Shown here: one piece after another, positions 7,675 through 18,500 of the stretch
Layout: every line of letters starts with the position of its first letter
Position numbering within the stretch: position 1 is the stretch's first letter
Assembly: GCA_965214405.1 (NCBI GenBank)
Contig: OZ243956.1
Coordinates: 2,368,001 to 2,432,000, forward strand
Reading direction: 5' to 3'
DNA: 64,000 nucleotides
From: Trueperaceae bacterium
GTDB taxonomy: Bacteria; Deinococcota; Deinococci; Deinococcales; Trueperaceae
The notes under the pieces: generated by a model
The model's database searches: none
What the model was told of the DNA's origin: nothing
The model's input: the letters and a program-made list of their open reading frames with translations, nothing else
Made by a program: the position numbers and the translations under genes

Positions 7675-10632
7675 CTAAAACTTGACGGTTTCTTGGACCG
7701 TTTGCACACCGTCCGAAAAGAGGAGTTCCAGCGTGTTCCCGTCCGGACGCAAGGTGACGAGGCCGCTCTTATCGATAGCCAAGACCTCAACGCCGCCACG
7801 CACCATCACCGCGTCGTAGCGCGCCGCGTCCCAGCGCACTTCAACCCCACCGTTACCGAGACGCGTGACCTGGGTGGGGCGTAGCGACTGCGGAGAGATG
7901 CGCGTGGACGTTTCCGCCATGACGACACCCCTTTGCTCGACCTGCAGGGAAGCAAGCTCCGCCGCTCGAGCCGCATTCAGCGGAACCGAAAAGGAGAACC
8001 CGGCGCGCGCTCCGGCCTCGTCATGCGAGGACGTTGCAAACACGCCGAAGGGCACGCTGAAGAGTTCTCTTCCCGACGCGTCTAAGCCTAGCAGCGTGTA
8101 AGGACCCGGCGCGGGCGGTTGGGGTGTGGTGACGAGGCTAAAGGCCGGGCCTAAGCTCAGGTTGCCGTTTTGCAGGCTGCCGCTCACGAGTAAAACGTTG
8201 GACTTAGACGCGGACACGCTCAGCGTTTGGATGCGCGCTTGGGACTGCGCCTGCTGCCGGAACGCGAGCACGCCCTTATACGTATAGTCGCTAATCCAGC
8301 GCGGGCCGCAGTAGCTCATGAGGTCGGCGTATTTGGCGGGGTCGCGCAAGTTCCCGTCATTCATATCAAAACCCCAGACGCCCGTCCGGGCGTTTTGGTA
8401 AGGATACGACGCGTCTGCGTTGCTCACGCTGCAAGGCGCGTGTTCGCGGCCCCAGGTGTGACCGAATTCGTGCGCGGCGACCTCGCCCCGGCTTCGCGGG
8501 TCGTCCCAACCGACGGCAACCGGAAAGCCTATCCAGCCCAAGCCCGACACGCCGCTCGAGTACCAGGGATCGACCACCGCGTAATAAAGGTCGTCGCTTC
8601 CGTCAGCGCCGCGCAACGTGGTGACGGCGCGCAAGAGCTCGTCCCAGCCTTCGTCGGTGCGAAGGTCGCCGTCAAAGGCGTAAGGACTATGAATCTTTAT
8701 GTTGACCTCGCCCAGCGGGTGCATCCGGCGCGCGGCGTCTAAATAGGCATTTTTGGTGCTGTTGGTGATGGTCGGCGTGATGCTGCCGTAGGTCACGGGC
8801 ACGAGGGTAACGTTGAGCGCGGGCGCTTTTTGCACAACCAGCGCCGCGTAACCCGAGGCCGGATAGCGGTTGTTGCTCTCGTTCGTTTCGGCCACCGCGT
8901 TGTCGGGGTCCACCTCGAGATAGACCTCTAAGCCCGGACGCAAGAACGCCGTATCGAGCGTTGCGTTAAAGGTGCCTTTGAGGTCGCCCTCGCGCGGCGT
9001 CGCGGGGACGTTCTTGGGTCCTTTGAGGTCGAGCGTGCCCTCTTTACCCGAGGCGTCGCGGTAGTGAAGCCGCACGGTCGTGCTGATGTTTGACGCGTCT
9101 GCGGAGATGAACGCGCGCGCCAGGCCGCCGCGCCCCGCGATGAGCGGGATGCGGTCCCCGGCGGCGCGGCTCGAGTCCGCGGCGGGCACCGCCTGGTTGA
9201 TGTAAAAGCGCGTCAGCGCCAAGTCCACTGTGGGCGTGGTCGGGGGCGTGGTCGGGGGCGTGGTCGGGGGCGTCGGGTCGGGTGTCGGCTCGGCGCAGCG
9301 GCGCGTGAGGGTGAGCTGGGAGCTAGCGCCGCTACCCTCGACCGTCAGCGTGCCCGTCGCCTCTCCGCTCGCGTCACAAGACACCGTCAGCGGCAGATTG
9401 ACCGACCCGCCCACCTTGAGCGTGCCCGCGCCGGAGGCGAAAGTCAACCAGCCCCGGTCGCTCGTCACGCGGTAGTCGCCGCTCGCGTCGCCGACGTTCT
9501 TGAGCGTGGCCTGGGCGGTGGCGCTCGAGCCCACCGTGCCCGACACACTCAAGGCTTCCGGCGCTAGCTCCCAGCGCGCGCGCGCCGCCTCGCCGCAACG
9601 CAGCGTCACAGCGAGCGTCCGGCTCGGGGTGGTGGGGTCGTCTCCCCTCACGGTGACGGTCGCTCTTTTCTCCCCCACCTCGGTGCAGGTCGCGCGCGCG
9701 TCGACTTCGACGTCCGCGCCCGGCGCCAAGGTGCCGTTGGCGGTGCTCAGCTCGAGCCCATTGGTCCCAGTGAGGGTGTAGCGCAGCGGCGCGTTGCCGC
9801 CGTTTGAAAACCCGAAGCGGCCCGCCGCTTTTTCGCCGACCCTTGCGGAGAGCGTGAGGGGGTTCGGCGCGAGCGCGCTCAGGATGGGCTGCGGGGTGGA
9901 CGGCGGCGCTTTGCAAATCAGGCGCACCGTGAGGGTCGCGTCCGGCGTGGGCGCGTCCGAAGAGACGGTGACGGTTGTTTCCAGGGTAGCCGCGGACGCC
10001 GGACAGGTGGCTTGCAAGGGCACCTCGGCGCCCGCCCCCGGCTTGAGCGTGCCTTCGCGCGTTTCCAACCCTAGCCAAGCGGCCTCGTCAGGCACGGCGA
10101 GCGTGTAGCTTAGAAGCGCGTCCCCCTGGTTGGAAAAACCGAAGCGGCTTGCGACCGTTTGACCGTTATAGGTTTCTAGCTCGAGCGCCTCGGGCGACAG
10201 CACCCCGAGCACGGGCCGAGGGGCCGCCTCGCAAGAGAGGCTTACGCTGATCTCCTCAGAAGACGCGTTCGACTGAAGCGTCAGATTTGTCGTTTGCTCC
10301 GTTTCGCCAGCGTCTGGGCAGGTTGCTCTAAGTTCGACGGTCGCCACCCCGCTTGGTGCGAGCGTGCCCTCTTGGCCCGACGTCACCTCGAGCCAAGCTG
10401 CACCGGACTTGGTAACGCTGTACGTGAGAGGAACGTTCCCACTGTTTTGAAACCCGAACGATTTTGTAACCGTTGCCCCGGCCCCGGCCTCGAGGCGCAC
10501 CTCCGACACCAGATTGCTCAGCGTGGCCCCCCCCTGCGGCGTCTCCTCATTGGAGCAAGCGACCAACGCCGCCATCACCCAGAAGGATCTGAGAAGCCTA
10601 ACCCTATTCATGCTTAGAGGTGAACGTTTCAA
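7675..10632 (-). CDS. Large lipoprotein: four tandem Ig-like domains, Pro/Thr linker, CARDB-like segment and zinc metallopeptidase (M66-like) domain
   Basis: Lipobox LVAC; four repeats of F.N.G...L.Y...; TPPT linker; VDPDNAVAETNESNN; HEFGHTWGREH; DLMSYC Met-turn (alternative start at 10611). Confidence 0.8.
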   Translation of the reverse strand: MKRSPLSMNRVRLLRSFWVMAALVACSNEETPQGGATLSNLVSEVRLEAGAGATVTKSFGFQNSGNVPLTYSVTKSGAAWLEVTSGQEGTLAPSGVATVELRATCPDAGETEQTTNLTLQSNASSEEISVSLSCEAAPRPVLGVLSPEALELETYNGQTVASRFGFSNQGDALLSYTLAVPDEAAWLGLETREGTLKPGAGAEVPLQATCPASAATLETTVTVSSDAPTPDATLTVRLICKAPPSTPQPILSALAPNPLTLSARVGEKAAGRFGFSNGGNAPLRYTLTGTNGLELSTANGTLAPGADVEVDARATCTEVGEKRATVTVRGDDPTTPSRTLAVTLRCGEAARARWELAPEALSVSGTVGSSATAQATLKNVGDASGDYRVTSDRGWLTFASGAGTLKVGGSVNLPLTVSCDASGEATGTLTVEGSGASSQLTLTRRCAEPTPDPTPPTTPPTTPPTTPTVDLALTRFYINQAVPAADSSRAAGDRIPLIAGRGGLARAFISADASNISTTVRLHYRDASGKEGTLDLKGPKNVPATPREGDLKGTFNATLDTAFLRPGLEVYLEVDPDNAVAETNESNNRYPASGYAALVVQKAPALNVTLVPVTYGSITPTITNSTKNAYLDAARRMHPLGEVNIKIHSPYAFDGDLRTDEGWDELLRAVTTLRGADGSDDLYYAVVDPWYSSGVSGLGWIGFPVAVGWDDPRSRGEVAAHEFGHTWGREHAPCSVSNADASYPYQNARTGVWGFDMNDGNLRDPAKYADLMSYCGPRWISDYTYKGVLAFRQQAQSQARIQTLSVSASKSNVLLVSGSLQNGNLSLGPAFSLVTTPQPPAPGPYTLLGLDASGRELFSVPFGVFATSSHDEAGARAGFSFSVPLNAARAAELASLQVEQRGVVMAETSTRISPQSLRPTQVTRLGNGGVEVRWDAARYDAVMVRGGVEVLAIDKSGLVTLRPDGNTLELLFSDGVQTVQETVKF

Positions 10633-10641
10633 AAGCTACCC

Positions 10642-10716
10642 TTTCTAAAACCGTATTGTTCTAAAACTACATCTCTGAAACTACACTGTTCTAAAACCAC
10701 ACTGTTCAGATACACT
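10642..10716. repeat. Degenerate ~15-16 bp direct repeats upstream of the lipoprotein gene
   Basis: About 4.5 copies of TTCTAAAAC(T/C)ACACTG-like units. Confidence 0.6.
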
Positions 10717-11255
10717 ACCGGGGCACCTGCTCGCATCGTCTTCTCGTTCTGACGCACGGAAAAGAGCGTCCCGCAATACCCAAACGGCTCCTGAACGCGC
10801 CTGATTTACGACGCGATAGAGCGCCCAATAACCTTTCCTAAGTGTAGCTTAAAATTAGAGAATGATGTGAAGAACGGCACCACGTGTGAAAAATCGCACG
10901 TTACCGACTCCGTAAGAGCGCGAATCCGCCAGCGTGTGGATTTTTGTGAATAGCGTGGCATCTTCATAAGCGTGTCCGGTCAGGCCGGTGGAGAAAGCCG
11001 CCAAGGAGGCTGGACCATGCGCCGCAGGGCCAGTGAGAGGCAAAACCGGAGCAGGGCGGTACTTTCCGGTATGAGCTTACCTCGCTTTCGTGAGAACAGA
11101 TGATGGTTGACCCGGTCTCACGTTGGAGCTAGGCGTAAACCCTCGAGCGCCAAACCGTTACGCTCTCACCTGACGCTCCCTCCAGACTGTGGGATGGCGT
11201 GAAGTGCCGCGCGGCGAAACCTTTTAGGATGACGACACATGCGAAAGGAGATTCT

Positions 11256-12233
11256 ATGTACGTTCGTCATCCTGTGATCCTCTGCTTAAGCCTCATTTCC
11301 GCCCTCATGCTCACGGTGGGCGCAGCCCAGCCCGAGCCGAACAGCTACGTCCTCCCCGGTGACGCGGTTTTTCCCGAGGGCGTTACGGTTGATGAAAGCG
11401 CGAACACCTTTTACGTCGGCAGCACAACCGACGGCACCCTTTTCACGGGGAACATAGACACGGGCAAGGTGAGCGTATTCGCCGAAAGCACGCAGCCCAC
11501 CGCCATCGGCATGGCCCTGAACGCAGGAAGGCTCGTCGTGGCGGGCGGAGACAGCGGCAACGTGTACGTCTACAACGCCCAAACCGGTGAGCTGCTCGAG
11601 ACCCTCAACACCCCCGAGACCGACAGCACCTTCTTAAACGACGTCGCCTTTACCCCCTCCGGCGACGCTTTTGTGACCGATTCGCAGCGTCCGGTGCTCT
11701 TCAAGATTCCGGGCACTTCGGGGATGAGCGGCAACGCCGCGGGTGGTGTGGGTACGGGCGGCGCGGGTGAAGGCGCGGGGATTGAGGCGTGGCTCGAGTT
11801 TTCAGGCACGCCCCTCACCTACCAAGAAGGGTTCAATCTCAACGGTATTGCGTCAACCTCCGACGGGCAGTACCTCATCGTCGTGCAGTCAAATACAGGC
11901 AAACTCTTCCGCATCAATATAAAAACAAAAGAGGTGACCGAGATTGACCTGGGCGGCGACACCCTCATGGCGGGTGACGGCATCTTGTTGGACGGTCAAA
12001 CGCTCTTTGTCACGCGCAACTCCGCCGGGCTCATCGTGCCGGTGACGCTCGCTGACGACTACAGCTCGGGCACTCTCGGCGAAGGCTTTGGCGATCCCTC
12101 GTTTATCTATCCGACGACGATTGCCAAGGCGGGCGACACGCTGTTGGTCGTCAACTCGCAGTTCAACAACCGCGGCGAGGGTGTGAGCCCAGAATTGCCC
12201 TTTACGGTCTCGCGCGTCGCCATTCCCCAGTAA
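11256..12233 (+). CDS. Secreted SMP-30/gluconolactonase-like beta-propeller protein
   Basis: Signal peptide; FPEGV, FLNDVA, NLNGI, GDGI blade motifs; AGGAG SD. Confidence 0.8.
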   Translation: MYVRHPVILCLSLISALMLTVGAAQPEPNSYVLPGDAVFPEGVTVDESANTFYVGSTTDGTLFTGNIDTGKVSVFAESTQPTAIGMALNAGRLVVAGGDSGNVYVYNAQTGELLETLNTPETDSTFLNDVAFTPSGDAFVTDSQRPVLFKIPGTSGMSGNAAGGVGTGGAGEGAGIEAWLEFSGTPLTYQEGFNLNGIASTSDGQYLIVVQSNTGKLFRINIKTKEVTEIDLGGDTLMAGDGILLDGQTLFVTRNSAGLIVPVTLADDYSSGTLGEGFGDPSFIYPTTIAKAGDTLLVVNSQFNNRGEGVSPELPFTVSRVAIPQ

Positions 12234-12280
12234 ACATGAACAGTGAATATGAGAACCGTTCTTTGCTCACGTTTTCCTGA

Positions 12281-13255
12281 ATGATCGACGTTTTAGTTAT
12301 CGGCGCGGGCGTGGCGGGACTCACCGCCGCGCGCGCGCTTCAAAAAGCCGGTCGGGAGGTGGTGGTGCTCGAGAAGAGCCGCGGCTTGGGCGGTCGCGCG
12401 GCGACGCGCACCGTCAGAAGCAGCCGCGTAGACCACGGCGCGCAGTTTTTTACCGTTCGGGATGCGCGGTTCGAGGCGCAGGCGGACGCGTGGCAAAAGG
12501 CGGGCCACGTTGCCGTGTGGTCGGAGGGCTTTCACACGCTCTCTCCGGGAGGGCTCGAGGCACCCAGCGACGGCCACCCCCGCTACATCTTCCCGACAGG
12601 CATGAACACCTTCGGCAAACTTTTGGGTGAGGGGCTGACGGTAAAACGGCAAACACGCGTGACGCGAATACTCAAAAACGACGCTTGGCGCGCCGAGACG
12701 GCAGGGGGAGAGACGTTCAGCGCGCGCCGTCTCATCATCAACACGCCGCCGGAGCAGGCGCTCGAGCTTTGCCGTGACGTTGATTTGAGCGAGGGTACGC
12801 GTAAAACGCTCGAGGCCGTTGCTTTCACCTCTTGTTTTACAGTTATCGCAGGCTATCCCCCAGAACGCACCCCCGAGTGGCGCGGCGTCACGGTGGAAGA
12901 GGACGCGGTTCTTTCTTGGGTAAGTCACGATAGTTCTAAACGCGCCGCGCCCGAGGAGACCGTAGTAGTGCTCCACAGCACGCCCGCGTTCGCGCATGGG
13001 CACTACAACGACGACCCAAAAGAAATCGAAAAGAGGATGCTTCACGCCGCCCGTCCTTTGGGCGACTGGATACCCGAACCTTTGTGGACGGACGGGCAAC
13101 GCTGGCGCTACAGCATGGTAACCGAACCCTATGAAAAACCTTTTCTCGAGGATTCCGAAAACAAACTTCTCTTCTGCGGCGACTGGTGCGGCGGGGCGAA
13201 GCTCGAGGCCGCTTACCTCTCAGGGCTTGCGGTTGCTGAGGCGGGGCTCGAGTAG
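12281..13255 (+). CDS. Renalase-like NAD(P)/FAD-dependent oxidoreductase
   Basis: GAGVAG, EKSRGLGGRAATR, DHGAQFFT, RWRYS, CGDW. Confidence 0.88.
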   Translation: MIDVLVIGAGVAGLTAARALQKAGREVVVLEKSRGLGGRAATRTVRSSRVDHGAQFFTVRDARFEAQADAWQKAGHVAVWSEGFHTLSPGGLEAPSDGHPRYIFPTGMNTFGKLLGEGLTVKRQTRVTRILKNDAWRAETAGGETFSARRLIINTPPEQALELCRDVDLSEGTRKTLEAVAFTSCFTVIAGYPPERTPEWRGVTVEEDAVLSWVSHDSSKRAAPEETVVVLHSTPAFAHGHYNDDPKEIEKRMLHAARPLGDWIPEPLWTDGQRWRYSMVTEPYEKPFLEDSENKLLFCGDWCGGAKLEAAYLSGLAVAEAGLE

Positions 13256-13298
13256 GACGTAACGCAACCGTCTCAGCTCACGTGATTTCCTCTGAACG

Positions 13299-13323
13299 CG
13301 CCACCTCAACAAGGTGGCGTTTT
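13299..13323 (+). terminator. Intrinsic terminator
   Basis: CGCCACCT-caaca-AGGTGGCG followed by a T run. Confidence 0.6.
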
Positions 13324-13473
13324 ACATGTCCGGACCGTGGGCGAAAGGCTCGAGCCGCGTCCGTTTCCTCATCCAAAAGTGTGATGACGTACCCTTCCCC
13401 AGCCCCTACACTGGGTTCATAAGCGTCCGGACGAACCGGACGACTCGCCTAAAGAAGACCAAAGGAGCGCATT

Positions 13474-13818
13474 ATGGACCAGGAAAAAGCGACTCGGGAC
13501 ACCAACGACACCGCCAACAACGAAGGCCACAGCGTCACAACCGAGGAGTACAAGCTGAGCGGCGAGACGGTTCTCGCCAAGGTGAGAGAGATCGTGCGCG
13601 AGGGCAACGTCCGCCGCATCACCCTCAAGAACGACGAAGGCCGGACGCTCATCGAGATTCCTCTGACCATCGGCGTGGTCGGCGCGGTTCTCCTGCCCGT
13701 CTGGGCCGCCATCGGGGCCATCGCCGCGCTCGCCGCCGACCTGACCCTCAAGGTGGAGCGCAGGGGAGCGCAGGAAGATAACGACGACATACAGAAAGTC
13801 AGCGACATCCCGTCCTAA
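13474..13818 (+). CDS. DUF4342 domain protein
   Basis: KVREIVREGNVRRI..K..EGRTLIEIPLT.G. Confidence 0.85.
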   Translation: MDQEKATRDTNDTANNEGHSVTTEEYKLSGETVLAKVREIVREGNVRRITLKNDEGRTLIEIPLTIGVVGAVLLPVWAAIGAIAALAADLTLKVERRGAQEDNDDIQKVSDIPS

Positions 13819-13845
13819 GGATGCTTCGAGCCTAGAAAGGAAACT

Positions 13846-14115
13846 ATGAACAACACGAACCTACAGAACGTTTCGCGCGGCCTCTTGCGCGGGGTGAGCC
13901 GCCTCTGGCGAGAAGGCAACCGCCGCCAGTTCGTCCTTAAAGGACAGGACAGCCGCACCTTTTTACGCCTCCCCCTCATACTCGCGGCTTTTTTCACGCT
14001 CTTCTTACTTTGGAAGGCCGCCCCGCTCCTCATCGTCGCCATCGTCACCGCGTTCGTGCTCAAGATGCAGTTTGTCATCACGAAAGAGGTGAGTTCCGGG
14101 GGACCTGGAGCTTAA
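13846..14115 (+). CDS. Divergent DUF4342-like small membrane protein
   Basis: LWREGNRRQFVLK...RTFLRLPL resembles the upstream gene. Confidence 0.6.
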   Translation: MNNTNLQNVSRGLLRGVSRLWREGNRRQFVLKGQDSRTFLRLPLILAAFFTLFLLWKAAPLLIVAIVTAFVLKMQFVITKEVSSGGPGA

Positions 14116-14142
14116 CCCTGTATTCTTAGCTCTAAAGGCGGC

Positions 14143-14859
14143 TCACGAGGCCGTCTTTTTCTTGTGAAGGAGCGTGTGGAGGAGGAGCTCGAGCTCATCC
14201 AAGTCACGCACCCGCCCATCACTCAGGTCATCACGCAAACGTATTTCCCTGGTGCCGAGGGTCGGCGGCCCCTCCCGCGCAATATGAACGGTTGTCATGC
14301 CCAGCGCTCGAGCGCCCCTGATATCCGCTTCCGCATGGTCGCCAATCATCAGCGCGTGCTCGGGTGCTACGTTAAGGCGTTCGCAAGCGAGGTGGAAAAT
14401 ACGCGGGTTGGGCTTTCGCACTCCCACGTCCGCCGCGCCGGAGATGACAAGCGCTTTGAAAACGTGGGCGACGCCAACGTTATGAATCCCTGCACGCTGC
14501 ATGTCTTCGGGTCCGTTGGTGATGAGAGCCAATGGCACGTGCGCGGCGCAGAATTCCAAGACCTCCCGCGCCCCCGGCAGGAGCTTTACTCCCATTCCGT
14601 AGCGGTTGACCGCCCTCGAGACGATACCTTCAAGGTTTTCAGGAATGGGCAGCTCGAGCCCCTCAAACATCGCCAATAACGCGCTGTAAAGTGTGACCGC
14701 GCCTTCACGACGTGAATGTTTAGAAAGGAGGCCCGCGAAAGGCTCGAGGTGGTGGGGCTCGAGCTTTAATTCTTTGCGTAATTCGTCTGCGTATCTGTTA
14801 AAGTCGCCGTCAAAATGCGCCAGTGTGCCGTCAAAGTCGAAGCAAATAGCGCGAATCAC
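14143..14859 (-). CDS. HAD family hydrolase
   Basis: FDFDGTL, ITNG, KPNP.IF, IGD...DI motifs. Confidence 0.9.
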   Translation of the reverse strand: MIRAICFDFDGTLAHFDGDFNRYADELRKELKLEPHHLEPFAGLLSKHSRREGAVTLYSALLAMFEGLELPIPENLEGIVSRAVNRYGMGVKLLPGAREVLEFCAAHVPLALITNGPEDMQRAGIHNVGVAHVFKALVISGAADVGVRKPNPRIFHLACERLNVAPEHALMIGDHAEADIRGARALGMTTVHIAREGPPTLGTREIRLRDDLSDGRVRDLDELELLLHTLLHKKKTAS

Positions 14860-15389
14860 GAGTGAGAAACGAGAATATCCTCTACCGCTAGCTCAAAGCC
14901 GGGAAATAGTGAGACTGAAAGCGTGTCATCCGCTTCAAACACCTCATGCTCTCCCTCCTCCCAGACGTGAACCATCTCAGCCTCGAGATCAATAATCCAG
15001 TAGAGCCGCACGCCGTACTTCTGGTAACGCTTGAGTTTAAGCGTGAAGTCTCGCTTGCGCGTAGATGGCGACGTGACTTCAATCAACCAGTCGGGCGCAC
15101 CTTCAACACCGCGTTCGCTGATGATGGACGCCCGTTCGTTCGATATGTATAGAATGTCGGGTTCGGTAACGTCATCTCCAAAGATGACATCCAGAGGGGC
15201 AACAAACACCTGTCCCATAGGATTTTCGTGAAGATAAAGGCTGATATAAAAAGCAAGATTTGTAACCACACGCTGGTGTCTGCTGGTAGGTGATGGCGTC
15301 ACATAAACCTCCCCGTCTAAAAGCTCTCGCCGTAGACCGTCATCGGGGAAAAGCTGTAGGTCTTCGTAAGAAAAGCGCACCTGGGTCAT
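14856..15389 (-). CDS. Uma2 family (PD-(D/E)xK) endonuclease
   Basis: RELLDG, P.P...HQ, EPDI, GAPD..IEV.SPST...D...K...Y..YGV..YWIID. Confidence 0.9.
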   Translation of the reverse strand: MTQVRFSYEDLQLFPDDGLRRELLDGEVYVTPSPTSRHQRVVTNLAFYISLYLHENPMGQVFVAPLDVIFGDDVTEPDILYISNERASIISERGVEGAPDWLIEVTSPSTRKRDFTLKLKRYQKYGVRLYWIIDLEAEMVHVWEEGEHEVFEADDTLSVSLFPGFELAVEDILVSHS

Positions 15390-15508
15390 GAGGGAGTTTA
15401 GCACGGGCTGGGGCGGGCTTAAAGAGCCCACTTGAGACATAACCTCGTCCCCGACACTCTTCCCTCGCACCGACGGATACCCCCCCGCCGAGGCGGTATG
15501 ATGAATTT

Positions 15509-18500
15509 GTGGCTGATACTGTTTCCGAACACCCCCTGCTCGAGACTTTGAACGAAGAACAACGGGCCGCCGTAAAGCACTATGAAGGCCCCGCTTTGGT
15601 CATCGCCGGGGCGGGCTCGGGCAAGACGCGCACCGTGGTGCAGCGCATCGCTTACCTCATGGACGTTCACGAGGTCTACCCGACCGAGATTTTGGCCGTG
15701 ACGTTTACCAACAAGGCGGCGGGCGAACTCAAGGAGCGGGTGAGGGAGCTTATCGGCGTGAAGGCGCGCGATTTATGGGTGAGCACCTTTCACTCGGCGT
15801 GTTTGCGGATTCTGCGCGTGTACGGTGACTTGATTGGCCTTCAGTCGGGTTTCGCCATCTATGACGACAGCGACCAACTGGACGTTTTGAAAGAGATTGC
15901 GGGCAATGTGGACGGGCTCGGCGACGCCAACCCGCGCGTGCTGCGGGCGCTTATCGACCGCGCTAAGTCAAATTTATGGTCACCCTCGACCCTGGCAGAA
16001 GAGGGCGAGCGGCAGTTCGGGATGATGGTCGCGGGGCTGCCCATCGAGCTTTTGGTGGAGAGTTATAGGCGTTATCAGGAGAGGTTAGGGCGCGCCAACG
16101 CGGTGGACTTTAACGACATCCTGGGCCGCACCGTCGAGCTTTTCGACGCGCACCCGGACGTGCTCGACAAGGTGCAGCAGCGCGCGGTGTTTGTGCATGT
16201 GGACGAGTACCAAGACACCAACACCGCGCAGTACCGGCTCACGCACCTGTTGGCGAACAAGTACCGCAATTTGATGGTGGTCGGGGATCCCGACCAGTGC
16301 CTGCCGCCGGGCTCGAGGGTGCTCACGCCCAGAGGCTGCCGTCCCATCGAGTCGTTGACCGAGGGTGACGGGGTGTTGGGAACGGGCGGGGCGCTCGAGC
16401 CTACAAAAGGTCGCGTGACTCATGTGAAACGCGGTCACTACACCGGCCCCATGTGGACGGTCAAGGCAGGCGGGCGCACGTTACGCGGCACGCCGCATCA
16501 CATCGTGTTGGCGCGGATGGTGCCGGAGGAGGGATACTACTACGTCTATTTGATGTACCGCGCCGACAGAGGCTACCGCGTCGGTTTAGCCAAAAGCTTG
16601 CGCGCGAATGATGAGGGGCGCGAAGAGCTGGGCTTCAAGGTTCGCCTTAACCAGGAGCACGGCGACAAGCTTTGGGTGTTGCGGGTCTGCGATGACGCCG
16701 CCGAGGCGCGGTATTGGGAAGCCTACTACGCGGCGCATTACGGTCTACCGACGACGCTGTTTCACGGTATAGGGCGCAACCTTGCGCTGAGTGAGGCGTG
16801 GTTAAAGCGGCTTTACGCCGAACTGGACACCGTGTCTAGGGCTGAGGCGCTGATGAAAGACCTTCAGCTTCACCCCGAGTTTCCTCATCACCGCCCGCAG
16901 AACGGGTTGCGGCGGCAGAGCGTCAACTTGGTGATGTTCCAGGATTTTCGCCACGGTGAGGTCGGCTATCACCGGGTGCAGTGGTCGTCCATCCGTGCGG
17001 ACACCGCCGAAAGGTTGGTGGAGGCGGGGTATCCGGTGCGCAGCAACGGGCGCGGGGGGTACCGGCTCGAGCTGAGCCGCAAAAACTACCCCGACGCGCT
17101 TCTCCTGGCTAAGGAAATAGCCGCGTGCGGCGGTATGGAGCTTCAGCGCAAGGCGCAAGTAGGCGGAAAGATGTACCACTACCTGCCGCTCTCGCACCTG
17201 CATCCTGGCATGAGAGTTTTGGTCGAAGAGGACCGGAGGCTTGTCGAAAAGCCAGTGAGTGAGGTCTCGAGCGCCCCCTACGACGGCCCGGTATTTGACT
17301 TAGAGGTTGACCCCATCCACACCTACCTAGCCGAAGGGATGCTCGTCCACAACAGCATCTACGCCTTTCGCGGTGCCGACGTGCGCAATATCCTGGACTT
17401 CCGGCGCGACTACGAGGACGCGAAGGTGTACCGGCTCGAGCTCAACTACCGCTCGGTCGGCTCCGTCCTGGACCTCGCCAACGCGGTGATTTTGCCCAAC
17501 GAGGGGCGCTTGGAAAAGAACCTGCGCCCCGTCAAGGGCGCGGGCGACAAGGTGGCTATCTACCGTGCGGTCGACCACCGCGCCGAAGCGGATTTTGTGG
17601 TGCGGCAGATCGAGCGGTTGGGGGCGGAGAAAGATTTCTCTCCCAACGATTATGCAATTCTTTACCGCACCAACTCGCAGTCGCGGGTCTTAGAGGAGGC
17701 GCTGCGCCGCGCGGGCATCCCCGCCAAAATCGTCGGCGGTGTGGGCTTTTACGACCGGCGCGAGGTCAAGGATATTTTGTCTTATGCTCGCGCCGCCCTC
17801 AATCCCGCCGACGACGTGTCGTGGAGACGCATTTTGAACCGCCCCAAACGCGGCATCGGCAAGACGAGCGAGGAGAATCTTAACGCCTGGGCCACCCGCA
17901 AAGACGCGCGGTTTTCGGACGCCTTACGTCACGCCGACGAGGTCTTGAAGGGTACACCCGCGGTGCGAAAGATTGCCGAATTCGTCGCGCTCATGGACGA
18001 CTTAGCCGAGGCCGCCGAATCGCTGCCCGCCGCGCCCTTTCTCAAGGCGGTGCTCGACCAGTCGGGTTACATGCAGGCCCTGAAAGACGAAGCGTCGTTC
18101 GACGCGCAGGCGCGGACGGAAAACTTAGACGAACTCCTCAACGCGGTGGCCGAGTGGCAGGAAGAGGCGGGCGGCTCCATCGCCGAATTCTTGGACGAGG
18201 CGGCCTTGTTGGCGAGCGTGGACGACCGCGCGGTCAAGGCGGTCAACAGCGAAATTCCTGAAGAAGCGGTCACGCTGATGACGCTCCACAACGCCAAGGG
18301 GCTCGAGTTCCCCGTCGTCTTTTTGGTCGGGCTCGAAGAAAACCTCCTCCCCCACCGCTCCTCGACCGCGAGCTTGCAAGAGATCGAGGAGGAGCGCCGC
18401 CTGCTCTACGTCGGCGTGACGCGCGCGCAAGAGGCGCTCTTTCTGGTTCACTGCGAGTCGCGCATGACCTTTGGCCGCACCGAGCCCGCGCGCCCGAGCC

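Noticed and set aside
10642..10716. Possible CRISPR or iteron array
   Set aside because: Units are short, degenerate and contiguous; no rep or cas gene adjacent
14856..15389. Uma2 nuclease as a defence system or CTCGAG-specific enzyme
   Set aside because: Common multicopy family, with no methyltransferase or defence partners adjacent
15390..15509. Radiation/desiccation response motif upstream of the helicase
   Set aside because: No convincing match to the DdrO-box palindrome
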